Shown here piece by piece: positions 1 to 9,710 of a DNA stretch of 24,339 nucleotides. Both the position numbers and the translations under genes were made by a program. The notes under the pieces were generated by a model. It ran no database searches, was not told where the DNA came from, and saw only the letters and a program-made list of their open reading frames with translations. How positions within the stretch are numbered: the stretch's first letter is position 1; each line of letters starts with the position of its first letter. Source of the stretch: Acidimicrobiia bacterium (GTDB lineage Bacteria > Actinomycetota > Acidimicrobiia > Spongiisociales > Spongiisociaceae). The stretch is taken from NCBI GenBank assembly GCA_041576165.1, contig JBFGLM010000063.1:1-24339 (forward strand). The letters run 5' to 3'.

Positions 1-2511
1 GACGTCCACCAGGAACAGCAACAACGCGGCTCCGGCCAGCCACGGCCACAATCCGGTCTCGGCTCTTCCCAGCTGGGCGGCCGGGTCGAAGACGCTTGCA
101 GGTTCGGGATCGAGCCGCCCGCCGGACAGCGCAGCGAGGTCTTGGGCCAGGCCAGGATCGGCGCTACGAAAGGCGAACTCATCGGAGTAGGCGGATACGG
201 CGCCGGAAGACCCGGACGCGATCACCGATCCACCGTCCTCCACAGCCACCGACACCCAGTAGGCACCCAACACCCCGGCGGGGGCGGTTCCCACGAAGTT
301 GCCTTCCGTCCCGCGCGACAGTGGCACGGTGATCGTCTCGCCATCCGGTGCTCGCACGGTGGTGCTCGCCGAAGCCGAGCCGGGCGCATCGGGAGCGGAA
401 TAGGAGATCGCCAGTTCGGCGCCCCTCACCTCGATAGACGGCGGCGTCTCACGCCCCGGTGGAACCACGTCTTCGACCACGGTGCCCCAAAAGTCGACGA
501 ACCCGTCCCACACGATCCAATCCGCCGACCAGCGGGCGGTGGCATCAGAAGTCCACGCCGTCACCCGGCCCAAACCCCGCTGCCACGTGGCGAGCAGCGG
601 GTCTTGTTCGCCGACCACCAGCGGCAGGCGGGCCGTGGATTTCGGGTTGGTGAGTACGAAACCTCTGAGCGGTGGTGAAGTCGTGAGGTCCTCGGTCACC
701 GGCGACGACGCGGCGAGTGCCGGCACGAACGTGCCCTCCTGGGCGAGCCCGCGGGCAACCTGCAGCGTCTCCTCTACGAAGATCTCGGGGATCTCTTCGA
801 GGTTCTCGCCCGCGTAGTATCGCCCGCCGCCGATCTCTGCCATGCGTTGCAGCGTGAGGCCGGGGCCCTCCCCGGTGCCAAGGATGCTGAGGGTGACGCC
901 GGCGTCGGCGATGTCGCGCGCCATCGGGATGAGCGTTGCCTCGTTCGGGTCCCATCCGTCGGTGAAGAGCACGATATGGCGCAACGGCTCCTCGGCCGTT
1001 TGGAGGGCGGCGAGGGCTTCCTCCAAGCCACGGGCGATGGCGGTCGTTTCGCCGACCGGGTCCAGAGTGCCCAGAGCCGCTTCCGCGTCGCTGGACCCAG
1101 GAATCTCGCCCAGCGGAATCACCCAGTCAGCTCCGGCCCCGAACGCCACCACCCCGACCCGATCTTGGGAGGTCAGCGCATCAATGGCCAGCGCTGCCCC
1201 CGCCCGCGAAATGTCGGTCTTGTTGACGCCACCTTCGAGGAACTCGCCATCGTTGCAGTGGCAGCGACCCATCGAGCCGGAGGTATCGATGACCAAGACT
1301 TCGGCGACCGGCTGACGCCGGAGCAGGTCGTCGGGGTTGGATCGCACCGGCAGCAAATCCTCCAGTGCGCTGTCTTCGTACCCCCCCAGCCCGTACGATT
1401 GGTCGCCGCCGATCACGACCAGACCGCGGCCAAGGTCTTCGACGTACGCCCGTAGCCGGTCCACCGCGCCCGGTTCGGGCGCCGGGAGATTCACCAGCAC
1501 CACCGCGTCGTAGCTCAGCAGCTCGGCGTCTTCGGGAATAGCGCCCACCTCAGTCGCCGCCATCCCGGCAGAGCGCAGCGCCGCCACCAGCTGATCCGCT
1601 TCACCTTCCTTGCCTTCCACCACCGCGATAGAGGCGCTCCCCAGCACGCGGGCGACACCCTGAGCCCGATTGTTGGCCGGCTGGCTGTCGAACGGTGCCT
1701 GGATCTCAGCCGTCACGTTGAGAAACCCCTGCTCGGTGACGACCGTCGACACCTCAATCTCGTTGACCCCGGACACGAGTTCGGTCTCGATCACCTGGTC
1801 CGTCTCGCCCATCGCCACGTTGAGGCGGGCCGATCCGGCTTGGTTGGAACGCACCACCACAGTGGCCGTCAAGTTCTCATCGATGCGGGCGACCGGTGGC
1901 AATCGCACCGACTCAACCAGGGCGTCTGGCCCCCGGCCCGTGTCCAGCGTCACGATGTCGACGGCGATCCCACGGTCGGCCAATTCCTGGACCACCGGGC
2001 GGGGATCGCCGGTAGTGGGCACTACATCGGTCAACAGCACGATTCGACGCGACCCGGCGGTGGGCAGGATGGCCGCTCCGGACCTCAGCGCGCCGGCGAT
2101 ATCGGTGCGGCTGCCGTCGATGACGGCTCGGATGGGTGCCGGCTGGCGCGGCGGGGCGAGGCTGGCATCGACTCGCAAATCGGAGCCGAACGCAGCAATC
2201 GCCATCTGGTCTTGCGGCCCGGCAGCGAAAACTGCGTCGGCAACAAAGGCATCTTGGGCGGCCACCGCAGCCGCACTGATCGACTCAGACCGGTCGACCA
2301 TGAACAGCACCGATCGAGTGTCGTCGGCGCGGCGTACGGTCGGCTGGGCCAGGGCGGCGATGATCAAGGCAACCGCCAGAGCGCGCGCAGCAACGGCGAG
2401 GCGGTGCTGGGATCGTGCGACCGGCACCCGGCCCCGGCGCGCGACCAGAAGGACAAAGGCGACACCCACTGGTATGGCCAGCAGCCACTGCGGCTGCTCG
2501 AAGCCGATCAT
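1..2511 (-). CDS. Large membrane-anchored double-VWA protein with a central class I glutamine amidotransferase-like domain (3' end runs off the window)
   Basis: Not in the ORF track because it has no stop in the window. Segments translated by hand from ATG 2511, which overlaps the TGA at 2508-2510: MIGFEQPQWLLAIPVGVAFVLLV...ALAQPTVRRADDTRSVLFMVDRSES (MIDAS DxSxS), GLVVIGGDQSYGLGGYEDSALEDLLPV (GATase1-like), VLVIDTSGSM (second MIDAS), HIVLFTDG, and ETGLWPWLAGAALLLFLVDV at the window edge (C-terminal TM). Confidence 0.88.
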   Translation of the reverse strand, partial: MIGFEQPQWLLAIPVGVAFVLLVARRGRVPVARSQHRLAVAARALAVALIIAALAQPTVRRADDTRSVLFMVDRSESISAAAVAAQDAFVADAVFAAGPQDQMAIAAFGSDLRVDASLAPPRQPAPIRAVIDGSRTDIAGALRSGAAILPTAGSRRIVLLTDVVPTTGDPRPVVQELADRGIAVDIVTLDTGRGPDALVESVRLPPVARIDENLTATVVVRSNQAGSARLNVAMGETDQVIETELVSGVNEIEVSTVVTEQGFLNVTAEIQAPFDSQPANNRAQGVARVLGSASIAVVEGKEGEADQLVAALRSAGMAATEVGAIPEDAELLSYDAVVLVNLPAPEPGAVDRLRAYVEDLGRGLVVIGGDQSYGLGGYEDSALEDLLPVRSNPDDLLRRQPVAEVLVIDTSGSMGRCHCNDGEFLEGGVNKTDISRAGAALAIDALTSQDRVGVVAFGAGADWVIPLGEIPGSSDAEAALGTLDPVGETTAIARGLEEALAALQTAEEPLRHIVLFTDGWDPNEATLIPMARDIADAGVTLSILGTGEGPGLTLQRMAEIGGGRYYAGENLEEIPEIFVEETLQVARGLAQEGTFVPALAASSPVTEDLTTSPPLRGFVLTNPKSTARLPLVVGEQDPLLATWQRGLGRVTAWTSDATARWSADWIVWDGFVDFWGTVVEDVVPPGRETPPSIEVRGAELAISYSAPDAPGSASASTTVRAPDGETITVPLSRGTEGNFVGTAPAGVLGAYWVSVAVEDGGSVIASGSSGAVSAYSDEFAFRSADPGLAQDLAALSGGRLDPEPASVFDPAAQLGRAETGLWPWLAGAALLLFLVDV

Positions 2512-4367
2512 TGCGGTCGCCCCACGTCGACCAGCGGCCGATGGCCCGCGGGATCGTCCCGCACCCTGGCCGTGCGCTGCCGGCGGTGTGTCATTCGCCA
2601 CTCGATGGCGAAGAACAGCAACACCAGCAGAAGCAGCAACGGGGCCACCTCACGAATGCTCGAGCCTTCCCCGCCCACCCCGAGCTCGGGTGGAGTCACC
2701 GGCAGCTCCTGGCTGGCGCCGAGGGATTCAATCGAGGCGAATGCACGAACTTCAGCGGCACCCAGCCGCACAGTGCCGTCCGCGGCGCGGTACGAGACGC
2801 CGTACAGCCCGGGTCGTTCGGTGTCGGAAAAGAGGATCGTTCCCGGACGTAGCTCGATCCGAGAGCCATCCGGCCGGCTGATGATGGGCGTCTCTGTCGA
2901 TGAACCGGTCAGAAGGATCGGCGCTCCGGCCTCAGCCACCACCGGGGGAGCAATGTCGTCACCCGCCAGCCAGTGAAGAATGCGGCTTCCCAGAATCGGA
3001 AACGCCACCTGGACCGGCAGGTTCGACTGAGTGAGGTCGAAGGCGGTGTACACCACCCGCACACCGTCCACCTCACCCAGCAGCACCAGCGGCACATCCC
3101 CGGCACTCACGATCGGCAACCAATCAGGGCCGTCCACAATCTGGGCCTCGCCGATCACCACGTCGGACAGATCCGCCCCATCGAGTATCGGCTCGCCGGG
3201 ACGCTGATATGTGACCGCGGTGTTCTGCACCAGTCCACCCAGGGCCAAACCGGGCGCCGGCGCCGGCGGGCGTATCAGCCAGGTCGGGCGATCGAATGTC
3301 TCGGGCAGCATCCCGTCGGCAACCACGATGTCGCCGTCGACTTCCACGGAGGTGCCGGGCGTCGACTGCAACAGCGCGTTGAGGAAGACCGAACCATCTC
3401 CCTCGACGGCTACGGTCAACTCGGGAGCCGTCGCCACTACGCCCGTCGCCCGGTTGTCCATGTCCAGTCCGTCGTCGAGATCATTGCCGTTCTCGTCGAT
3501 CAGACGGGCTTCGATCACCGAGCCGGCGCCGGCCTCCACCGTCATCGCGTCCCGTCCCCGGCCGCCGGCCTCGGTTTCGATCAGGAACACCTGACTGGGT
3601 ACGCCGTCAACGTCGACGACACCCTCGATCTCGGTGCGGGTGAGAGTGAGGTTCTGTACCTCGATGAAGACCTGCGCGCCCTCCCCCGGCACCACGTCGA
3701 CGGACAGCGAGCTGATCGCCACATTGTCGGCCAGCTGATCGGAGACGAGATGGCGGGCGTCGACAATTGGTGTGTCGAACTGAACCCGTTCGGGGTCGCC
3801 GCCGTCGCTGAACAACAGCAGGCTGGTGGGTCGGTCCGGAGTGGCCAAACTGCGCGCCGTCCGGATCGCGGCGTGGAGGTCAGCCACTCCCCCACCCGGC
3901 TCCAGCGATTCGAGGGCCGCGACCACAACCTCCGACTCGCCCGAGAAGGAGACCCGTACGTCCGGGGCGACGCCGGCCGCCACGACCGAGATCAAGTTCT
4001 CGTCCGATGCGCGTTGGGCCAGCTCGATGGCGTTGTCGCGAGCGCTCTCGAACCTACCGGCCATCCCCATCGACCCCGAGATGTCGATGACGAACACCGT
4101 ATGCGGGCCCAGCACGGTTCGCTCGGATATGAATGGGCGCGCGAGCACCAATACGAACAACGCGAGGATCAACAGCTGAAGAATCAACGGCCAGCTGATG
4201 GGTAGTCGCTGCCAGGGCCGGGCCGAGCTGACCGATTCGAGCGACTCTTCCCACAGCATCGTGCTGGGGATCACCCGCCGGTGGCGGCGGGCGCGCAGCA
4301 TGTAGAGCGCAACCAGAGGTACAGCAAGCGCCGCAAGGGCGAGGGCGGCCGGAACCAGCAGGCTCAC
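2508..4367 (-). CDS. BatA N-terminal domain plus VWA domain membrane protein
   Basis: N-terminal PLVALYMLR...PSTMLW...LQLLILALFVLVLARP is typical of BatA-like N-termini. Has MIDAS VIDISGSM and LFSDG, and a C-terminal TM LLLLVLLFFAIEW. The GTG start overlaps the upstream stop. Confidence 0.88.
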   Translation of the reverse strand: MSLLVPAALALAALAVPLVALYMLRARRHRRVIPSTMLWEESLESVSSARPWQRLPISWPLILQLLILALFVLVLARPFISERTVLGPHTVFVIDISGSMGMAGRFESARDNAIELAQRASDENLISVVAAGVAPDVRVSFSGESEVVVAALESLEPGGGVADLHAAIRTARSLATPDRPTSLLLFSDGGDPERVQFDTPIVDARHLVSDQLADNVAISSLSVDVVPGEGAQVFIEVQNLTLTRTEIEGVVDVDGVPSQVFLIETEAGGRGRDAMTVEAGAGSVIEARLIDENGNDLDDGLDMDNRATGVVATAPELTVAVEGDGSVFLNALLQSTPGTSVEVDGDIVVADGMLPETFDRPTWLIRPPAPAPGLALGGLVQNTAVTYQRPGEPILDGADLSDVVIGEAQIVDGPDWLPIVSAGDVPLVLLGEVDGVRVVYTAFDLTQSNLPVQVAFPILGSRILHWLAGDDIAPPVVAEAGAPILLTGSSTETPIISRPDGSRIELRPGTILFSDTERPGLYGVSYRAADGTVRLGAAEVRAFASIESLGASQELPVTPPELGVGGEGSSIREVAPLLLLLVLLFFAIEWRMTHRRQRTARVRDDPAGHRPLVDVGRPQ

Positions 4368-5233
4368 CGCAGGACCTCGAGGCGAGCCATGTCGGCGAGC
4401 GCGTCATCGAGGGCCCGGTCGCCGGCCAGCGCCGTGATGTATTCCATCCCGGCCCGGCGCGCCCGGGCCGCCACGTCGGTGAGGAACCACTCGGCCCGGT
4501 CCACATACGCGTCGATCGTGCCGTAGGAGGTCGATATGTCGACCGCCCGCTCATTCTCGGCGTCGACCAGCCGTAGATCACCGGCGACCGCCGGATCGAG
4601 TTCCGAAGGGGCGAGCACATGGAGAACCAGGCCGCCGCTGGCAACGCCGACACCGGCGATCAGGTCCTCCCAGCCTGGGACCATCAAATCGGAAACGAGG
4701 ACGACCGGACCACTCACCCGGCCTTCGAGAATCACTCGTCGTAGCACCGAACCGTGCGGCACCTCGCCGCCGGGCTCGAGCGACTCCAGCCAGGCTTCCA
4801 GGGCGGGCCACGACGCCAGGTGGCGACCGGTCGGGCCACGGGCGATCGGCTGCGCTCCCGGTCCAGGGACGGCGTGCGGCACCACCCGATCGCCGCCGGC
4901 GAGCGCCGCGAAGGTCACGGCTCCCGCGAGCTCGCGGGCTGTCTGCATCTTGCGTTCGAACGCCATCGACCCGGAACGGTCGATGAACACCCGCACGGGC
5001 AGCTCGTCCTCGGATTCGAACAGCCGGATCAGGGTCACCCCAAGCCGGGCGCGCATATGGTGATCGATGCGTCGGTAATCGTCGCCCGGCACGTAGGGCC
5101 GGTAGTCGGCGAAATCGAGGCTCTCGCCGTAGCGATGTGAGCGGTGGCGACCAGCAAAACGACCCCGCACTCGCCGCCGAGACGCCAGCGCCATCCGTTC
5201 GAGACGAGCGCGGGTCTCGGCATCGAGGATCAT
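4364..5233 (-). CDS. DUF58 domain-containing protein (MoxR-associated, VWA-like)
   Basis: G.HRS...G.SLDFADYRPYVPGDDYRRID signature, FIDRSGSM and LVSD. Directly downstream of moxR. Confidence 0.92.
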   Translation of the reverse strand: MILDAETRARLERMALASRRRVRGRFAGRHRSHRYGESLDFADYRPYVPGDDYRRIDHHMRARLGVTLIRLFESEDELPVRVFIDRSGSMAFERKMQTARELAGAVTFAALAGGDRVVPHAVPGPGAQPIARGPTGRHLASWPALEAWLESLEPGGEVPHGSVLRRVILEGRVSGPVVLVSDLMVPGWEDLIAGVGVASGGLVLHVLAPSELDPAVAGDLRLVDAENERAVDISTSYGTIDAYVDRAEWFLTDVAARARRAGMEYITALAGDRALDDALADMARLEVLR

Positions 5234-6198
5234 GCCGGGACCGTCGGCATCGGATGGGCCTGGAGCACCGCCCCTACCAGATCGTCCGGCGATACCCCGT
5301 CGGCGGTCGCCTCATAGCCCAACACGAGGCGATGGCGGATCGACGATGGTGCGACCGCCCATATGTCCTCGGCCGCCACGTTGGGTCGCCCCTCCATCAA
5401 CGAGTTGGCCTTGCCGCCCAGTATCAAGGCTTGCGCCCCCCGAGGGCTGGAGCCGTATCGCACATAGCGGCGCACCAGCTCAGGTGCCTCCGGATTGTCG
5501 GGATGGGTGGCTCGCACCAGCCGGGCGGCATAGCTGAGCAGGTGAGAACCCACCGGCACCTCGCGGACCAGCCGGGCCATGTCGATCAAGGCCTTGCCAT
5601 CGGCCACCGCCTCCACCTGTTCTTCCCGATCGGACGTGGTTCGCTGCAGAATCTCTACCAGATCTTCGACCTCGGGCATCGTTACCAAAGCCTTGAAAAG
5701 GAACCGGTCGAGCTGCGCTTCGGGCAGCGGGTAGGTGCCTTCCATCTCGATTGGGTTTTGGGTGGCCATGACGAAAAAGGGTTCCGGCAGCGAGTGGGTT
5801 TCACCGCCCAGCGTGACCCGACGCTCCTGCATCGCCTCGAGCAGAGCGGACTGGGTCTTGGGGGTGGCCCGGTTGACCTCGTCGGCCAGCACCAGATTGG
5901 AGAAGATGGGTCCCTCGTGAAACTGGAATCGACCTTCGACGAGGACGTTGGTGCCCAGAATGTCCGCGGGCATCAGATCAGGTGTGAACTGCACCCGGCC
6001 GAATTCGACCGACAGCACCGAACCAAGCGTGTACAGCAGCTTGGTCTTACCCAGGCCCGGCACCCCTTCGAGCAGGACATGCCCTTCGCAAACCACCGCC
6101 CGCAGCACGGTGTCGATCAAGGCCCGCTGGCCGACGATCACCTTGCCCAGCTCGGAGCGGATGGCGTCGAAGGTGGTTGTGAAGTTTTCTGGTGTCAT
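5230..6198 (-). CDS. moxR: MoxR family AAA+ ATPase
   Basis: Walker A GVPGLGKT, RVQFTPDLMPADILG, Walker B LADEVNRATPKTQSALLEAMQE, and ATQNPIEMEGTYPLPEAQLDRF. Confidence 0.96.
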   Translation of the reverse strand: MTPENFTTTFDAIRSELGKVIVGQRALIDTVLRAVVCEGHVLLEGVPGLGKTKLLYTLGSVLSVEFGRVQFTPDLMPADILGTNVLVEGRFQFHEGPIFSNLVLADEVNRATPKTQSALLEAMQERRVTLGGETHSLPEPFFVMATQNPIEMEGTYPLPEAQLDRFLFKALVTMPEVEDLVEILQRTTSDREEQVEAVADGKALIDMARLVREVPVGSHLLSYAARLVRATHPDNPEAPELVRRYVRYGSSPRGAQALILGGKANSLMEGRPNVAAEDIWAVAPSSIRHRLVLGYEATADGVSPDDLVGAVLQAHPMPTVPA

Positions 6199-7730
6199 GG
6201 CTCCAAGCTCGTGAAGTAGTGGCGGACGATGTCTTCCAGTTCGACGGGGATCGGCGAACGTTGGAGGGTATCGATGGCGGTCTGCTGGTATTCGGCGAAG
6301 CGGTCCACGTAGGGAGACACGGGCACGTTGCGCAGGCCCGTGCCCTCCACCTCATCCACGATGTCCCCGGGATCATTGCCGTCGACCCGCACCCGCACTT
6401 CGTCACCCACCGAGAAATCAACTGGGTCGAACACATCGGTCCGGCCTACCGGCGTCGGCGGCCCGTCGGGCGTATTGCCTTGCACTGATCCGGAACCGAC
6501 CCCACCCTGGGTAGGTGCCCCCTGGCCGCCCCCGCCCGAGACATTTCCGCCCGGTTGGCCCTGACCTTGCCCCTGGCCCTGCCCCTGCCCCTGGCCCTGG
6601 CCCTGCCCCTGGCCCTGGCCCTGACCTTGGCCCTGGCCCTGACCTTGGCCCTGGCCGGATTGGGCAGCCGCCAGTGCTCGTTGCGCATCCGACAACGCCC
6701 GCTGGGCCTGGGCTGCGTCGGCGGCGGTCCGGACCTGCTGCTCGAGCTGGCGCACCCGCTCGGACGCCCCGCCCAGCGCGGCGGTCGGATCACCGCCCTC
6801 ACGAAGGGCGGCCGCGGCCGCATTCAGCTGCGAGGCCAGCTGAGCGTCGGTCGTCTCCACCTGACGAGCCATGCCTTCGAGCTGTTCGGCTGCGGCCGAC
6901 TTCTGCGCGGCCGACATGCCCGCTGCGGCCTGCGCCAGCGCATCCAGTTGACTGCTGAGTCCCTCAGCTCCGGCCGTGAGCGGCGACTCGGCGACCGACC
7001 GTTCCAGGGCTGCCAGCGCCGTGGCGACGGCGGGAGTGGTGGGGTCTTCGAGGGCGGAAAGCGCCTGGCGTCCAGCGGCCAGATCCGTCAGTGCCTCGTC
7101 CAGGTCTTCGGCCGCGCGGAGCTCTTCGGTGAGTTCAGCGACCTCCTCCCGGACATCTTCGCTGAGCGCTTCCGTGCGGTCCTCGATGTCATCGGCAACT
7201 GCGTCGACCACGGCGGCCACCGCCTCCCGGGCCTCGGCCTCCCGGTCCGCCGGCGACGGCACCAGCGCCAATAACAAGGAGCCGGCCACTGCCAACCCAA
7301 CCAGCCCGAGCATCCGGACGTTCGGTCGCACAGGGACGGCTCCGGTCGCCTTGCGCGCCTCGGCCCAAGCCCCGGCCTGAGTGACCTGGCGCTGCTGGGC
7401 ATCCGTCGCCGTCTCGACGCTGCTCAGCTCTAGTGCCGTGGACAGCCGGTCGTAGCCACCAAGAGCCCTGTCGGCTACCAGCGCCGCCGCCGCGCGGGAC
7501 GGCGGGCGCAGGATCGTCCAGCCCAGCGCGACGGCCATCAGGCCGGCCACCAAGGTGATACTCAGAGGTTTTGCCCACGGAAGCACGACGTGACGGGCCG
7601 GCCCCAGCACCGCGGCCGCCAGACCGGCGCCGATGCCAAGTGCCGCCAGCATCCGGCGCCCGGCAGCCTCCAACACGAGCCGCATCCGGACGGCCGAAAT
7701 CAGGTGGGCGATCGACTCAGGCAGCGGCAT
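6195..7730 (-). CDS. Membrane-anchored coiled-coil protein with a Gly-Gln low-complexity tract
   Basis: About three N-terminal hydrophobic helices with DRALGGYDRLSTALE, a long Ala/Glu/Gln-rich helical region, (GQ)17, and C-terminal PIPVELEDIVRHYF. Start moved from 7802 to ATG 7730 (MPLPES), which overlaps the end of the permease gene. Confidence 0.8.
   Translation of the reverse strand: MPLPESIAHLISAVRMRLVLEAAGRRMLAALGIGAGLAAAVLGPARHVVLPWAKPLSITLVAGLMAVALGWTILRPPSRAAAALVADRALGGYDRLSTALELSSVETATDAQQRQVTQAGAWAEARKATGAVPVRPNVRMLGLVGLAVAGSLLLALVPSPADREAEAREAVAAVVDAVADDIEDRTEALSEDVREEVAELTEELRAAEDLDEALTDLAAGRQALSALEDPTTPAVATALAALERSVAESPLTAGAEGLSSQLDALAQAAAGMSAAQKSAAAEQLEGMARQVETTDAQLASQLNAAAAALREGGDPTAALGGASERVRQLEQQVRTAADAAQAQRALSDAQRALAAAQSGQGQGQGQGQGQGQGQGQGQGQGQGQGQGQGQGQPGGNVSGGGGQGAPTQGGVGSGSVQGNTPDGPPTPVGRTDVFDPVDFSVGDEVRVRVDGNDPGDIVDEVEGTGLRNVPVSPYVDRFAEYQQTAIDTLQRSPIPVELEDIVRHYFTSLEP
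6555..6656. repeat. 17 tandem degenerate 6-bp units (YTGVCC on +) encoding (Gly-Gln)17 on the minus strand
   Basis: Counted directly: contiguous ttggcc/ctgacc/ttgccc/ctggcc/ctgccc units from 6555 to 6656. Confidence 0.95.
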
Positions 7731-8784
7731 CCGCTGTCTCCACAGCCGGCGCTCGATCCCGGCGGCGGCGGGCGAGCAGGCGCGGCCGGTCGGGCGCGGC
7801 AACTGCCCGGGCCCCGAACCAAACCGTCAAGGCGATGGTCACCAGGTAGATGATGACGCTCCGGATCCAGATCGGGCCTCGCAAGACCTCCTGATCGGGC
7901 TGATCTCCGGCGAAGAGTTCCTCCTCAATGACGACGCCCTGACCAAAGGGTATTTCGCGCGCGACCTCAAAACCGCCGAAAATACGGTCGCCCTGTCGGC
8001 GGGACAGCAGCTCCCCGGCCGTCATGAACGGCGTCCCGAAAATCACCCCACCCTGTGACTCGACCGGTTCATTGACTGCAGAAACCATTGCTACGTACGG
8101 ATTGGACCAGACCGAGTAGAACTCGCGGCCCTCCGCACCCCCGCCCGGGGTGCCGCCGGGCTGGATGAGGAGGATCTCCGCGACCAGCAGCATCATGGTC
8201 CCGGCGGCCAGTATGAAAGCCCACAGGTAGGAGCCTGCCACCGCTCCGCGAGTGGTTTTGGCCCGGGCCGACACCCACAACGAGATCGATCCGACGGTGA
8301 CCGCCACCAGCAATGTGATCCCCAGCGCGGCGAGTGCATCCGCCAGCCGCACACCTCCGATGATGACCGGCAGCATCAGCACCGGTCCCGCCGCCAGGAT
8401 CAACAAGAGCACGTACGCCAGGCCCGACGCCAGTTTGCCGAAAATGATCTGCAGTGGGCGGAGCTGGCTGATCTGGAGCAGCTTGAGGGTCAGGCGCTCG
8501 CGTTCGCCTACGACGGACAGTGCCATCACGCCGGGAACGATGAAAAGCACTGCGGTCATGATCAGGATGGCGGTCAACTCGAACATCATCCGACCCAGCG
8601 CAGCCGACGATGCGAACGCCCCGATCCCGAACCCGCCGAACGATTGGGCGAAGGCCCGGCCCGCAAGAAAGATCAGGTATGCAAAGGCGCCGACAATGGC
8701 CAGCCACAACGTGAAGAAGACCGGCGCCCGGCCACGCCGGAAGCGTTGCCGCAACTCTCGTGATAGGACCGGGTTGATCGTCAT
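7717..8784 (-). CDS. ABC-2 type transporter permease
   Basis: MTINPVLSRELRQRFR, multiple TM helices, and ERERLTLKLLQISQLRPLQIIFGKL, the E.E..T..LL..P......GK motif of ABC-2 permeases. ATG 8784 overlaps the ATPase stop (ATGA). Confidence 0.9.
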   Translation of the reverse strand: MTINPVLSRELRQRFRRGRAPVFFTLWLAIVGAFAYLIFLAGRAFAQSFGGFGIGAFASSAALGRMMFELTAILIMTAVLFIVPGVMALSVVGERERLTLKLLQISQLRPLQIIFGKLASGLAYVLLLILAAGPVLMLPVIIGGVRLADALAALGITLLVAVTVGSISLWVSARAKTTRGAVAGSYLWAFILAAGTMMLLVAEILLIQPGGTPGGGAEGREFYSVWSNPYVAMVSAVNEPVESQGGVIFGTPFMTAGELLSRRQGDRIFGGFEVAREIPFGQGVVIEEELFAGDQPDQEVLRGPIWIRSVIIYLVTIALTVWFGARAVAAPDRPRLLARRRRDRAPAVETADAAA

Positions 8785-9710
8785 TCGGTCCCCTTGGTCA
8801 GCTGGAGGAACAACTCTTCGAGCCCGGCAGATTCGACCCGCCACTCCCAAACCGCCACCCCTGCCTCGACCAGCGTCGCCAGGGCGGCGGCCAAGTCTGC
8901 CTCTCCGCCCGGCAGATACAGACCGATGTGATCTCGCTCAACCACGATGTCGTGGGCGTCCGTCTGCTCGCGCAGCAATGCCTCGGCGATCTCGAGCTGG
9001 TCCTGAGGGGCCCGAAGGACAACCGCGGTGGACCCTTGGAGGGCGACCCGGATGTCGCTGACGCTGCCCTGGGCGACCAGCTTGCCGTTGTCCACAATGG
9101 CCAGATGCGAGCAGATGCCCTGGAGCTCGGACAGAATGTGGGACGAAATCAAAACCGTCTTGTGCATGCGGGCCAGTTCGCCTATCAGCTCGCGGAAGTG
9201 AACTCTGGCGCGGGGATCGAGGCCGGACGCCGGCTCATCCAGGATCAGAAAATCGGGATCGTGCACCAACGCCCGAGCGAGTGACAGGCGTTGTTTCATC
9301 CCGCGGCTGAGCCCGTTGACATCGGCATCCGCCTTGTCCTCGAGGTCGACCAACGCGAGCAGATCGGCGACTACCCGCGGCCGCGCCTCCCGGACGACGC
9401 CCGAGGCGGCCGCGAAGAAGTCCAGATATTCACGGGAGACCAGGTTCTCATAGACGCCAAAGAAGTCGGGCATGTAGCCGACCTCCGCCCGGACGGCGCG
9501 AGGATCGTCCTTGGGATCATGCCCGGCGATGCGAACCCGACCCCCATCCCGGGCGATGAGGGTGGCCATGATCTCCATCGAGGTCGTCTTCCCTGCGCCG
9601 TTGGGGCCGATCAGACCGGTGATCGAGCCCTCCTCGATGGTGAGCGTGACGTCGTCGAGTGCGACGATGTTGTCGTAGCTCTTCGAGACGTTTTCGAACT
9701 CGACGATCAT
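8781..9710 (-). CDS. ABC transporter ATP-binding protein
   Basis: Walker A GPNGAGKTT, signature LSRGMKQR, Walker B ILDEP and H-loop SSH. ATG 9710 overlaps the upstream stop (ATGA). Confidence 0.95.
   Translation of the reverse strand: MIVEFENVSKSYDNIVALDDVTLTIEEGSITGLIGPNGAGKTTSMEIMATLIARDGGRVRIAGHDPKDDPRAVRAEVGYMPDFFGVYENLVSREYLDFFAAASGVVREARPRVVADLLALVDLEDKADADVNGLSRGMKQRLSLARALVHDPDFLILDEPASGLDPRARVHFRELIGELARMHKTVLISSHILSELQGICSHLAIVDNGKLVAQGSVSDIRVALQGSTAVVLRAPQDQLEIAEALLREQTDAHDIVVERDHIGLYLPGGEADLAAALATLVEAGVAVWEWRVESAGLEELFLQLTKGTE

Noticed and set aside
96-4205. Long plus-strand ORFs (e.g. 847-1455, 1670-2881, 1840-2976, 2973-4205)
   Set aside because: They are antisense shadows of the minus-strand VWA genes. 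High-GC codon bias suppresses stops, and they show no recognisable motifs.
6555-6656. Repeat considered as a CRISPR array or phase-variable tract
   Set aside because: It consists of 6-bp in-frame coding units with no spacers and no cas genes. Unit changes would not shift the frame.
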